Shown: positions 1-8,951 of the stretch, piece by piece | Layout of the letters: each line of letters starts with the position of its first letter | Position numbering within the stretch: the first letter of the stretch is position 1 | NCBI GenBank assembly: GCA_041742315.1 | Contig: JBGSIX010000073.1 | Location: forward strand, 12,008 to 76,007 | Reading direction: 5' to 3' | Source: Phycisphaerales bacterium | GTDB lineage: Bacteria > Planctomycetota > Phycisphaerae > Phycisphaerales > UBA1924 | DNA length: 64,000 nucleotides | Program-made: the position numbers and the translations under genes | Notes under the pieces: model-generated | What the model was told of the DNA's origin: nothing | The model's input: the letters and a program-made list of their open reading frames with translations, nothing else | Database searches by the model: none

Positions 1-62
1 CCCTCACGGCCCGTGATGCCCTGCACCAAGACGCGCGTCGTTGAGTCGATCAGGATCGCCAT
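1..62 (-). CDS. CoA-ligase alpha-type subunit (SucD/CcsB-like), 5' end only; gene continues past the window edge
   Basis: The minus-strand ATG at 62 translates to MAILIDSTTRVLVQGITGREG. This matches the conserved N-terminus of succinyl-CoA synthetase alpha-type subunits (E. coli SucD: MSILIDKNTKVICQGFTG). The ATG overlaps the upstream stop as ATGA. Confidence 0.6.
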   Translation of the reverse strand, partial: MAILIDSTTRVLVQGITGRE

Positions 63-1588
63 CAGTCGGCCTCCTCGTCGTCGAGGCCCGGGATCGGCAT
101 GTCCACGAACACCACGGGCCTCCCCGCGCGGTGGCACTCGATCTCGCACGCGATCAGCTCCGAGTCCTTCCCGTCCAGCACGTCCATCGGCACCGCGAGC
201 GCCGGTTTACCGCCTTCATCTTTGAAAAGACCGGAGCCGTGCTCCACGACCAGCCGCGTTGCGATTTCGTCGCAAGCACCGACGTCGATCCAAACCCTGC
301 CGCGTGAGAACTCGACGCACAGAGCCCCGGAACTCTCGTCCGCGAACGCCGGCACCCAGCGTGTATAGCCCTCACTCGTCACACCGCTCGCCTCGACGAG
401 CTCTCGGAAGCGAGTGCCACAGAATCTGGGCGTGTCGTCCTTCTTGTAGCCCTCGACCTTTGCGGGCAAGTCCTTGCACGCGTCGGTCAGGATCTCGACG
501 GCCCGGTCTTCCGAGTTCCCGCCCAGACGGATCACCGCGGGGATGTCGAGGTTCACCTCCAGGAACGCCTTGGCGAGCCCGTACGCGGACCAGTACTGCT
601 CCTGGCTCGCAACGCCCGAGCCCGAGCCGAAATAGCCCACGAGCCCGGGCTGGCTCAGGATGACGCGCGCCGCGGCATAGACCTTGGCTGCGCTCGGGTT
701 CCCCGATGTGTCGCAAAAATTGGCGAGCGTAAAGCCCTCGCTCGTGACCGCGTCCATCGACATCATGCTCCCGCCGCCGCCCGCGCCGTGGAAGCCGACC
801 AGCTTCGTGTCGTTCTCCTCATGCGGCAGCCTGGCGAAGTAGAACGTCCCGCGGTGGTCGGCCTGCTCGATGTGGTACGCGATGCGCTCGAGCTGCGTCG
901 GCGGGTGGTCGAGCTCGCGGGCGATCTCGATGCCAAGCTCGGGGTGCCGGAACACCGCGTAGTCGTCGACCGTCATCCGGCAGTCCGCCGCCATCACGCG
1001 ACCGTCCGATGTCGTGACGAGCGGATTGATCTCCAGCGACCGCGCCTCGATGGATCTGGCCGCCTCAAAGGCTTGCCGCACGGCCCGGGCGATATCCGCC
1101 CTTTCTGTGTCTTTCAGGCCCGCTTTCCCAAGAGCCTCGTTGAGCATCGCCTCGTCGGGCCCGGTCGTCACATGCACGGGCAGGCGTGTCACGGCGTCCG
1201 CACGCTCCTCGATCCCTGAGCCGCCATCGAACGAGAGCAGCATCACCGGGGCCCGGGCCGCGTCGTCGATCGAGAGCGAAAGAAAGAACTCCCGCTCGAT
1301 GGGCAGGAGTTCTTCGACGATCAGCTCGGTCACCGGAAAGTTGCCCACGCGGATCGCCAGCATCCGCTCGGCCTCTTTCCGGGCCTCATCGGGCGATTGG
1401 ACGAGCGCCACACCCCCGATGGCTTTGCGGCCCGTGGTCCAGGCCTGAATCTTGACAACCGCACGCCCACCGAGCTTGGCCGCGGCCTCACGGGCCTCGT
1501 CGGGCGTCGACGCGACGAAAAACCGCGGCACCGCGATGCCGTGCGAGGCGAGCACCGATTTGCCCTGGTATTCGTGCAGCCGTGCCAA
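62..1588 (-). CDS. ATP-grasp CoA-ligase beta-type subunit, closer to the ATP-citrate lyase / citryl-CoA synthetase branch than to canonical SucC, with a C-terminal extension of about 95 aa
   Basis: 508-aa ORF. The N-terminus MARLHEYQGKSVLASHGI is SucC-like. The motifs HGAGGGGSMMSMD and ANFCDTSGNPSAAKVY resemble ACL-type sequences rather than SucC NGAGLAM/DVGGGA. The tail after ...AKVEGYKKDD has no match I recognise. Confidence 0.7.
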   Translation of the reverse strand: MARLHEYQGKSVLASHGIAVPRFFVASTPDEAREAAAKLGGRAVVKIQAWTTGRKAIGGVALVQSPDEARKEAERMLAIRVGNFPVTELIVEELLPIEREFFLSLSIDDAARAPVMLLSFDGGSGIEERADAVTRLPVHVTTGPDEAMLNEALGKAGLKDTERADIARAVRQAFEAARSIEARSLEINPLVTTSDGRVMAADCRMTVDDYAVFRHPELGIEIARELDHPPTQLERIAYHIEQADHRGTFYFARLPHEENDTKLVGFHGAGGGGSMMSMDAVTSEGFTLANFCDTSGNPSAAKVYAAARVILSQPGLVGYFGSGSGVASQEQYWSAYGLAKAFLEVNLDIPAVIRLGGNSEDRAVEILTDACKDLPAKVEGYKKDDTPRFCGTRFRELVEASGVTSEGYTRWVPAFADESSGALCVEFSRGRVWIDVGACDEIATRLVVEHGSGLFKDEGGKPALAVPMDVLDGKDSELIACEIECHRAGRPVVFVDMPIPGLDDEEAD

Positions 1589-1682
1589 CGGAAAAGCCTC
1601 TCTTTCGAGACCATGCTATGTGAGTCACGCCAATCTGTATACGCAGGCTATCGCACGGGCTCACCCCCTGCACAGAAACGAA

Positions 1683-1709
1683 AGACCCCTCCCGCGAGGG
1701 GAGGGGTCT
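1683..1709 (-). terminator. Rho-independent terminator downstream of the protease gene
   Basis: Perfect 11-bp stem agacccctccc / gggaggggtct with a 5-nt loop. On the minus strand it is followed by TTTCGTTTCT. It lies 36 bp after the stop at 1745. Confidence 0.7.
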
Positions 1710-1744
1710 GTTGTGATTCTGGACTCGGTTTGGCCGCTGAGTGC

Positions 1745-4700
1745 TTACATGCAGCCCGCATTGTAGTTGGCGATCCAGGCCGTGAAGTCGGCGGGGCTCA
1801 CGCTTCCATCGCCGTTCTGATCGGCGACCGCCGCATTGCCCGCGTTGTAAGCCGCGATCCAGGCCGTAAAGTCGGCCGGGCTCACGCTTCCATCGCCGTT
1901 CGTATCGGCCAGGCAGTACCCGCTTGTCGGCACAACGAGGCCCTTGAGCACCACGTCGTCGATGTTCCAGCCGCAGTACGTCACGGACGTGTCCGTCGTG
2001 CCCATGATCCAGCGGATCTGAAGGTTGGCGTTCCCGTCGGCCTGGGCCGAGATGTCAAAGCTCTGCGCCTGCCAGCCCGCGTCCGTGAACGAGCCGCTGG
2101 TGTGGTCCCAGATCTGCTGCCACGACGATCCGTTGAAGACCTCGATCGAGGCGTGGTCGTAGGTGCTGCTCTCGACACCCAGCCAGCGCTGGAACTCGAG
2201 CGTCACATTATTCGAAGCCGAGGCGTCGATCACGCCTGTGGTGAGCGCGTACTGGGGGATGCTGTTGGCATACTCGCCGCTCAGGTTGTACCCGTAGACA
2301 TTCGAACCCGTGTAGCCCGACGCGGGGTCGCCATCGATCCCCGCCGGCACACCGAAGGCCCACTGGCCCGTCGTCGTCCAACCCGGGTTTGAATCCATGT
2401 TGTACGAAGCGATCGTCGCGCTGCCAACGTTGGCGGTCACCAATGCCGGGCCCGATGAGGCGCCGTCGTTGGTCGAGTACTCGAACAGATCTGTGCCCGC
2501 GTAGAACTCGTCGGGCCGGTAGGTAACCGCGTTGCCCGGGAGCGTCAACGGCGTACTCGTGATCCTGGCGCCGCCCGGGATGTAAAGGTCGCCGCTTGTC
2601 GGGAGCGACTCGATGATGTACGAGAAGGGCCCGTTGACACTCGCGCCATCAAGGGTAATGGTCGAGAACGCGTTGGCCGGGACGTCGACGTTGACGTCGT
2701 TGGCCACCGGGAGGCAGCCCCCCGACTGCGAGGCGATCCGGAGCGCCCACGAGTTGAGCACGCCCACATCGCTGTTCGCGTTGTCGCTGACCGTGAGTGT
2801 CCAGGTGCCCGTGGCGATCTCGGTCTCGAAATCGGCCAGCGCGCCCGGACCATCGGGAGTGGCGCCGCTGTCATCGTCGTAGGTGACCACAAGGTTGTCC
2901 GTCGTCCCGCCCGTGCGGTCATGCAGACGCACCACGGTGCCCGCGGGCGATTCGAGCTCGATAATCAGGTCGCCGATGTAGGTGTGGGTGATGTCAAGCT
3001 CCACGTCGATGTCCGCGATGCAGTAGCCATCGGGCACGTCGATCGTGGTCGAGAACGACGAGTTGTCGTTGATCGCGATGCTCGGGCTGTCCTCGTAAAG
3101 ATAACGCCCGACGTCGAGCGAGACGCCTCGGCTCGTGTCGCCCAGAACGCCCTGAACGTTGTCGAACGCAACATCGCCCGTGTAGAGCCCGTTGGAGAGC
3201 GACGCGGCGTTTCCGCCGATGCCCACGGTCACAGCCGCCATATCGCCGACGCCGCTGAGATTCACACTCGTCGGCCCCGCAGAGCCGTTGAGCGTGATCC
3301 AGGACTGGCTCGGCGTGACATCAACCGTGACCGGCGTGGGACGCGTGCTGGTGATGGTGTAGAGCTGCGTGCCGCTGAACGGCCCGCCGTTGGGGCCGCC
3401 GGTGACCAGGCTGGTCATCGGGCTCACGGTGATGCCCGTCTGCCCGACTTCCAGCGTGCTCAGGAGCGAGACCGTGTGTCCGTTGGTGACATCCTCGAGG
3501 CTGATGGTCGTCTCGTAGATCCCGGCTGCCATGCCCGCAGCGCCCGAGAGCGAGGCCGTCACGGATGCATTCCCGCCACCGGCGACCGTGCCCGTGACCG
3601 GGCCGGCCGAGCCGTTGAGCAGAACCGTGTGCTCGGCGCCGATATCGATGCTCACCGAGTAATCCGCGGGGCTGCTCGTCGGGTTGGAGATGCTGATCTG
3701 GAAGGTCTCATCGTTGAACGGGCCGCCGACGGTGCCGACGTGCGTGATGCTGCCGCTGGGCGCGAATTGCAGCCCGAGCTCGGGGATGAAACTCGCAAAG
3801 CTCGTGGCCTTGGTGATCTCCTCCCAGGAAGGGCATCCGGAATCGGGGCAGACGTTGCTGAGCAGACACCCGCCCGGGCCCGAGACGAAGTCGGTATTGC
3901 CGCGAACGAGGATGCCCTCGATGACGCCCGTGCTCTGATTGATGACCATCGAGCCCGAGTTGCCGCCGTAAGCGTCGACATTGGCCATGAAGAAGAGATT
4001 GGACCCGTTGGCGTCTTTCACCTCGCCGCCGTCGTCGATCTTCTTGGGGAGCACCGCGGGGTGCCCGATCATGACGAGCGGCTCACCAACCGACACCACG
4101 CCCGTGCGCCGCACGGGCAGAGGTGTGCGTCCGACCACGGCCCTATCGACCCGGCAGACCGCGTGGTCCGCGCCGCCGCCGAGCGATTGGTTGATCATCT
4201 GCGTCAGGAAGTACACGTTGTCGGCGGGGACGATGATCTCGGGGTCGGCCCCGGGCCCGGTGCCCGCTGCCTGCTGATCGAACCCGAAGATGAACGCGAT
4301 CGATCCGACATCGCCCGCGTTAGCGCAGTGCCCCGCGGTCACGATGATGTCCGTGCCCACAAGGAAGCCCGAGCAGAAGCCGATGCGCATCTGGTTGAAG
4401 AAGGGCTCGTTCGTGCACGCGGCCGTCCATCGGGCGGTGTCGAGCGAGAAGGTGCCGTCGCCGTTGTCCGTCAGTTCGGACACATCCACCACCGCGACCG
4501 CCGCCTGCGCCAAACCGAGGAGGTACTGGTCGCTGACCTCGTAGACGTCGCGCCGGTCATCGTTGCCATAGACCACGCGGTCCTGGTTACCTGTGAATCG
4601 CATCTCGTGGTAGACCTCGCTCACCTGCTCACGCCGAACGTCGACGGGCATCAGGTTTTTGAAGTCCTCTTCCTTGAGCCCCTGCTGTGCAGCGGCCGAC

Positions 4701-4750
4701 CCGGTCAGCGCCACCAGAATGGCAGCGGACAGTGCTTGCTTCTGATTCAT
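1745..4750 (-). CDS. Secreted multidomain trypsin-like serine protease with a proprotein-convertase P-domain and a C-terminal GC-type dockerin pair
   Basis: ORF 1745..5209 trimmed to the ATG at 4750, which gives the signal peptide MNQKQALSAAILVALTGSAAAQ. S1 motifs TAGHC and GGNSGS are present. There is a P-domain-like segment DITHTYIGDLIIELESPAGTVVRL. The tail has two DxNGDGSVSPADFTAWIxxYN repeats. Confidence 0.85.
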   Translation of the reverse strand: MNQKQALSAAILVALTGSAAAQQGLKEEDFKNLMPVDVRREQVSEVYHEMRFTGNQDRVVYGNDDRRDVYEVSDQYLLGLAQAAVAVVDVSELTDNGDGTFSLDTARWTAACTNEPFFNQMRIGFCSGFLVGTDIIVTAGHCANAGDVGSIAFIFGFDQQAAGTGPGADPEIIVPADNVYFLTQMINQSLGGGADHAVCRVDRAVVGRTPLPVRRTGVVSVGEPLVMIGHPAVLPKKIDDGGEVKDANGSNLFFMANVDAYGGNSGSMVINQSTGVIEGILVRGNTDFVSGPGGCLLSNVCPDSGCPSWEEITKATSFASFIPELGLQFAPSGSITHVGTVGGPFNDETFQISISNPTSSPADYSVSIDIGAEHTVLLNGSAGPVTGTVAGGGNASVTASLSGAAGMAAGIYETTISLEDVTNGHTVSLLSTLEVGQTGITVSPMTSLVTGGPNGGPFSGTQLYTITSTRPTPVTVDVTPSQSWITLNGSAGPTSVNLSGVGDMAAVTVGIGGNAASLSNGLYTGDVAFDNVQGVLGDTSRGVSLDVGRYLYEDSPSIAINDNSSFSTTIDVPDGYCIADIDVELDITHTYIGDLIIELESPAGTVVRLHDRTGGTTDNLVVTYDDDSGATPDGPGALADFETEIATGTWTLTVSDNANSDVGVLNSWALRIASQSGGCLPVANDVNVDVPANAFSTITLDGASVNGPFSYIIESLPTSGDLYIPGGARITSTPLTLPGNAVTYRPDEFYAGTDLFEYSTNDGASSGPALVTANVGSATIASYNMDSNPGWTTTGQWAFGVPAGIDGDPASGYTGSNVYGYNLSGEYANSIPQYALTTGVIDASASNNVTLEFQRWLGVESSTYDHASIEVFNGSSWQQIWDHTSGSFTDAGWQAQSFDISAQADGNANLQIRWIMGTTDTSVTYCGWNIDDVVLKGLVVPTSGYCLADTNGDGSVSPADFTAWIAAYNAGNAAVADQNGDGSVSPADFTAWIANYNAGCM

Positions 4751-4911
4751 GGATAAAAGCCTCTCGATGGATTCGAGGGGTGCGCACGGTGCCCCCCCAC
4801 ACACGAATCCCGAGGCTACCGGATCGCGATAGTCCATACAAGATGACAAGAGCCAACCCGGGCATCCAGACCCGAACGAATGGGGAATCCGTTGCCCCGG
4901 ATCAGGTCCGA

Positions 4912-5823
4912 TCAGTGGTCGGCGTGGTTGTGACCCGAGTGGTCGTGCTCCGCCCCGCTCTGGGCGTTGGCTTTCTCCCCGTGCACGCCGTGGTTGTGCC
5001 CCTCGACGAACCCGAGCAGGATTGCGACCCCAACCCCCACCCCGAGGGCCGTGGTCAAAAGCGCCCGGTGGTGCGAGTGGAATTGCACTTCGGGCATCAG
5101 ATCCGCAAGAGCCACGCACACGAACGCCCCGGCACAGAATGCCATCGCGACGCCCGCGATCTCGGCCCCGTAGTGCCCGGCGCTCATGAACCCAAGGTAC
5201 GCCCCCCACGCTGCGAGCGGCGCGACCAATGCGTAGATCAGATTCACACGTCGGCGCCGGACAGGGTTATTCCCCATCGTCGCCGTGATGGCAAGCGCAT
5301 CGAGCGGCTTGTGGAGCACCACGACCACGAGCACCAGCAGACCGGGCCAGGCCTGCCCGAGGCCGAGCCGGATCGCCGACGCCAGCGCCGCCCCGTCGAC
5401 GATGCTGTGAAGCGAGAGCCCCGAGAGCAGGGTCACCCAGCGCACACGGCCCGAAGCCGACCCATGGTGATGATGGTGGTGGTGATGTCCGTGATCGTGC
5501 GCATGACCGTGGCTGTGCTCTTCCGCGACGGGCAGTTTGATGCCGGGCTCGAGGCTGTGCACGTGGAGAAATCGCATCAAGAGAAACACACCCACAACGC
5601 CCAGGAGCATCAGGGTCGCCGCTCGATCGACCGAACCGAGCATGATGATCGAATGCGGCAGGAGATGCAGGATCGCCACACCCAGCATGAGCCCGCTGAC
5701 AAAGCTGAGCGAGAGCTGCATCCGCAGATGCGTCGCACGGATCGCCCCGGGAATCAGCCCACCGACGAGCGAGGCCCCGATGAGCATCGGCGTTGCGATA
5801 AGGAGCATGAGCCAGCCGGGCAC
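4912..5823 (-). CDS. ZIP-family divalent metal transporter with a His-rich cytoplasmic loop
   Basis: Polytopic membrane ORF with the loop HSHGHAHDHGHHHHHHHHG and the motifs HLLPHS and LHKPLDALAI. The start at 5823 is GTG. An alternative ATG lies at 5808. Confidence 0.65.
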   Translation of the reverse strand: MPGWLMLLIATPMLIGASLVGGLIPGAIRATHLRMQLSLSFVSGLMLGVAILHLLPHSIIMLGSVDRAATLMLLGVVGVFLLMRFLHVHSLEPGIKLPVAEEHSHGHAHDHGHHHHHHHHGSASGRVRWVTLLSGLSLHSIVDGAALASAIRLGLGQAWPGLLVLVVVVLHKPLDALAITATMGNNPVRRRRVNLIYALVAPLAAWGAYLGFMSAGHYGAEIAGVAMAFCAGAFVCVALADLMPEVQFHSHHRALLTTALGVGVGVAILLGFVEGHNHGVHGEKANAQSGAEHDHSGHNHADH

Positions 5824-5877
5824 AGTCCGTTCCTTTCCCTCGGGAGCGGTGAGGCTAGCCCCACGCCAAAGCGGGTG

Positions 5878-7929
5878 TCAATCGGCGTCCGACCGCACAG
5901 CCCAGAAGCGATACCCGGAGCCGGGCGCCAGATCCTCCGGATGGAGCGACTTGGTCATTTCCCGGGCGCCGCCGCCAAGCTCCACATCCCCGGCGACCGA
6001 CGCCGGGATCGCCAGGAGCACCATCCCGCCGGGGGTCAGCAGATCGGCGCATGAACCGAGCACATCCTCGAACGCAGTCGAGACCTGCTCCGCCTGAGCC
6101 TCGGTGAGCACACAGAGCACCAGATCCCAAGGCGTTTCCATGTCGATCGAGTCGATGATCTCCAGCGTCTCGCCCCTGTGGATCGTCACCCGAGAAAGGT
6201 CGACTCTGTTGATGCCGAGGTTTCGGCGGAGCTTGGCCTCGGTGTGCTCGTCGGGCGTGATCGCTGTCAGGCTTCCCGCGACGAGCGCCGCCGATTCGCT
6301 CAAACAACCGGGTCTGGCCGAGACATCCAGCACGCGCCTGCCCTCGGCCCGCTTGCGTACCCACTCTCGAGCTTCACGCAGCGCCAGATCGAGCCCGGTC
6401 TCATTTGGATCGCCCGGCCTGACCTCGAACAGCGCCCCCCGCTCGCGCACCGTGATCGCCTCCATCGCCCGCTGGTGGCTCTGCCCCGCACCGGCATGCA
6501 CTACCACGACCGACCCCTCCGGCCAATCGAGCGCCTCCCGAGCGGCGTCCGCGATTTTCTCGAGCCGATTCATTCGGGCGGCGCTGGCCGCGAAGGGCCC
6601 GCCAAGGTCCGCCACGCGCAACACATCCCCGAGCCGATCGATCTCGAGCTCGATCCCCGAGAACTCGCCCTCGTACACCCGGTACGCCCAGACGTCGCGG
6701 TCACCCTGCCATTTGCGGGTGTGCCTGGCTCGCTTGGCGAGCCCGGACGCGAAAGCGTCGAGGTTGCCCACTTCGCTCCTGGATTCGATCGCCGCGGCGC
6801 CCTCGCCCGCAATGTACTGGTAGAACGTGCATTGGATTTTGGCGTTGTAGAGCTTGCGCCGCCGAGTGGCGACGTGCCCGATGCGGTACTCGAACTCCTC
6901 GCCTTCCATCAGCATCCCAAGCGACCAGCCCGGCATCCGCGAGAGGACCTCGGGCAGATCCCGCTGGATCGAACGTGAGACATCCTCCTCGCCCACGCGC
7001 ACGCCGTAGGGCGGGTTCGTGATAATCCAGCCCCGCTCCTGCGTCGCGCGCAGCTCGCGGTAGTCCTGAAGCTCGAACCGCACGAGGTGATCCACGCCCG
7101 CGTTCCGCGCGCACTGCCTGGCGTGCCCGATCGCCTGGGGGTTGATGTCATACCCCACGATCGGCGCGAGGCCCTCGTCGCTCACGCCCTTGTCCGCCTC
7201 GTTCCGCGCCCGCTGCCAGTGCGCCGCATCGAGCCAGGGCCAGTTCTCCGAGGCGAACGACCGGTGACGCCCGGGCGCTCGGTTGCTGGCGAGCATCGCC
7301 GCCTCGATCGGGATCGTCCCGCTGCCGCAGAACGGGTCGATCAGGGGCGTATTGCGGCGCCATCGGCAGATCATCACGAGAGCCGCAGCCAGAGTTTCCT
7401 TGAGCTGCCCTGCCTGCGCCCGCTCGCGGTAGCCCCGCTTGTGCAGGCCCGGGCCCGTCGTGTCGAGCGAGACCGTGACCGAGGTGCCCAGGATCGAGAC
7501 ATCCACCGCGACCATCTCGCCCGACTCTTCGAGCTGCCCGCCCTTGCCCGCCAGGGCATCGACGATCGCCCGCTTGACGATTGACTGGGCGGCCCGCTCG
7601 CTGTTGATCGGCGAACGCACCACGCTCACCCTGGGCGAGATGCTCGCGCCCTCGGGGATGATCGCTTTCCAGTCGATCGACACGATGCCCTCGTAGAGCG
7701 CATCGAACTCGGCCGCCTCGAACCGACCGGCCACCATGAGCACGCGGTCCGAGGCCCGCAGGTGCAGATTCGTCCGCGCAATCGCTTCGGGACCCGCGCG
7801 GAAGACAAGCCGCCCGGGCTGGTCGCCCTTGGCCTCGTAGCCGAGCCTCGAGAGCTCCCACTTGACGCTCGCCTCGACGCCGAACGCGGCGGTCGCGATC
7901 AATTCGCAGGTTGTGGCTAATCCGTTCAT
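5878..7929 (-). CDS. rlmL: Bifunctional 23S rRNA methyltransferase RlmKL-like (THUMP domain plus two SAM methyltransferase domains)
   Basis: ORF 5878..8382 trimmed to the ATG at 7929 (MNGLATTCELIATAAFGVE...). Motif I is DPFCGSGTIPIEAAM and motif IV is ITNPPYGVRVG. At 683 aa it matches the RlmKL architecture. The ATG overlaps the upstream stop as ATGA. Confidence 0.8.
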   Translation of the reverse strand: MNGLATTCELIATAAFGVEASVKWELSRLGYEAKGDQPGRLVFRAGPEAIARTNLHLRASDRVLMVAGRFEAAEFDALYEGIVSIDWKAIIPEGASISPRVSVVRSPINSERAAQSIVKRAIVDALAGKGGQLEESGEMVAVDVSILGTSVTVSLDTTGPGLHKRGYRERAQAGQLKETLAAALVMICRWRRNTPLIDPFCGSGTIPIEAAMLASNRAPGRHRSFASENWPWLDAAHWQRARNEADKGVSDEGLAPIVGYDINPQAIGHARQCARNAGVDHLVRFELQDYRELRATQERGWIITNPPYGVRVGEEDVSRSIQRDLPEVLSRMPGWSLGMLMEGEEFEYRIGHVATRRRKLYNAKIQCTFYQYIAGEGAAAIESRSEVGNLDAFASGLAKRARHTRKWQGDRDVWAYRVYEGEFSGIELEIDRLGDVLRVADLGGPFAASAARMNRLEKIADAAREALDWPEGSVVVVHAGAGQSHQRAMEAITVRERGALFEVRPGDPNETGLDLALREAREWVRKRAEGRRVLDVSARPGCLSESAALVAGSLTAITPDEHTEAKLRRNLGINRVDLSRVTIHRGETLEIIDSIDMETPWDLVLCVLTEAQAEQVSTAFEDVLGSCADLLTPGGMVLLAIPASVAGDVELGGGAREMTKSLHPEDLAPGSGYRFWAVRSDAD

Positions 7930-8951
7930 CGGTCCCGCGTCAGCACCGCGTCGGCCAGAAGCGTCAGCACCGACTTGGCCGGGCTCTCGTCGAGCACGTC
8001 GAGCGAACGCTTGGCCCGCTCGACGAGCCCCTCGGCGGTCGTGCGTGCGAACTCGAGCGAGCCGGTCCGGCGGAGGGCTTCCAGAACCGGGGCGCCGATG
8101 GCAACGCCCCCGCCGAAACGCTCGGAAGAGGCCTCGAGCATCTCGAGCGAGTTTCCCCGCTCGCTCGGAGTTACGCTTGCGAGGTGATGAATCAGCGGCA
8201 ATGTGAGCTTGCCCTTCTTGAGATCGCGTCCGAGCGTCTTGCCCACGACCTCCTCGGTCCCGAGCAAATCGAGCAGATCGTCCTGCACCTGGAAGGCCGA
8301 GCCGATGCAGCGGCCAAACCGATCGAGCGCGTCCTGAACGCCTTCGCTCGCGCCGCCCGCTCGTGCGCCCAGGCGCGTGCACGCACCGACGAGGGCCGCG
8401 GTCTTGCCCTCGAGGATCTCGAAGTAGGTCGCCTCGTCGATCGAGAGGTTGTCGCGGTTCTGGAGTTGGAGGAGTTCGCCCTCGCAGAGCTCCATGCTGA
8501 CCTTGCCGATGAGCCTGGAAGGCTCCGGGTCCGGGAGGCTCGCGCAGAGCCGGAACGAGGCCGCGATCAGATAGTCACCCAGGAGCACCGCGGATTCGTT
8601 GCCCGCACGGTCGTTGATGGTCTGCGCCCGCCTGCGGATGACCGTCTCGTCCAGGACATCGTCGTGGACGAGGGTCGCCATGTGGACCATCTCGACGACC
8701 GCCGCGAGCCTGAGCAGGTCGCCCGCAGCCGGCGAGTCGGTCGAACTCCCCGTCGCAGCGCCGGCGGTGAGCACGAGAATCGGTCGGAGCATCTTGCCCC
8801 GGAAACGCTCGACATGCTGACAGAGCGCCGCGACGGAAGGGACCTGAGAAGCCAGCGCCCGCTCGATCTCATCGGAAACATCGGACAGGCCCGAGAGGAC
8901 CCAGCCCTGTATCTGGCTCAGCTCGGGCGGGATGTCCAGGACACCCTTCAT
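7926..8951 (-). CDS. Polyprenyl diphosphate synthase (long-chain trans-prenyltransferase, IspB-like)
   Basis: First Asp-rich motif LVHDDVLDE and second Asp-rich motif QVQDDLLDL. 341 aa. Confidence 0.85.
   Translation of the reverse strand: MKGVLDIPPELSQIQGWVLSGLSDVSDEIERALASQVPSVAALCQHVERFRGKMLRPILVLTAGAATGSSTDSPAAGDLLRLAAVVEMVHMATLVHDDVLDETVIRRRAQTINDRAGNESAVLLGDYLIAASFRLCASLPDPEPSRLIGKVSMELCEGELLQLQNRDNLSIDEATYFEILEGKTAALVGACTRLGARAGGASEGVQDALDRFGRCIGSAFQVQDDLLDLLGTEEVVGKTLGRDLKKGKLTLPLIHHLASVTPSERGNSLEMLEASSERFGGGVAIGAPVLEALRRTGSLEFARTTAEGLVERAKRSLDVLDESPAKSVLTLLADAVLTRDR

Noticed and set aside
2921-4756. 611-aa plus-strand ORF antisense to the protease gene
   Set aside because: Arg/Asp/His/Ala-rich low-complexity translation with no motifs. 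It lies fully inside a well-supported minus-strand gene. This is a typical high-GC antisense artefact.
4751-5209. N-terminal extensions proposed by the ORF track (1745..5209, 5878..8382, 11599..14154, 14610..15692, 16346..17827, 18569..20149)
   Set aside because: The extensions are Arg/Gly/Pro-rich, lack homology-type features and overlap neighbouring genes. Internal starts give canonical N-termini: signal peptides, MCGIAG, Rossmann folds, or ATGA coupling.
5440-5500. CAC/CAT-rich run that looked like a microsatellite
   Set aside because: It is the in-frame coding sequence for the His tract (HGHHHHHHHHG) of the ZIP transporter loop, not an intergenic simple repeat.
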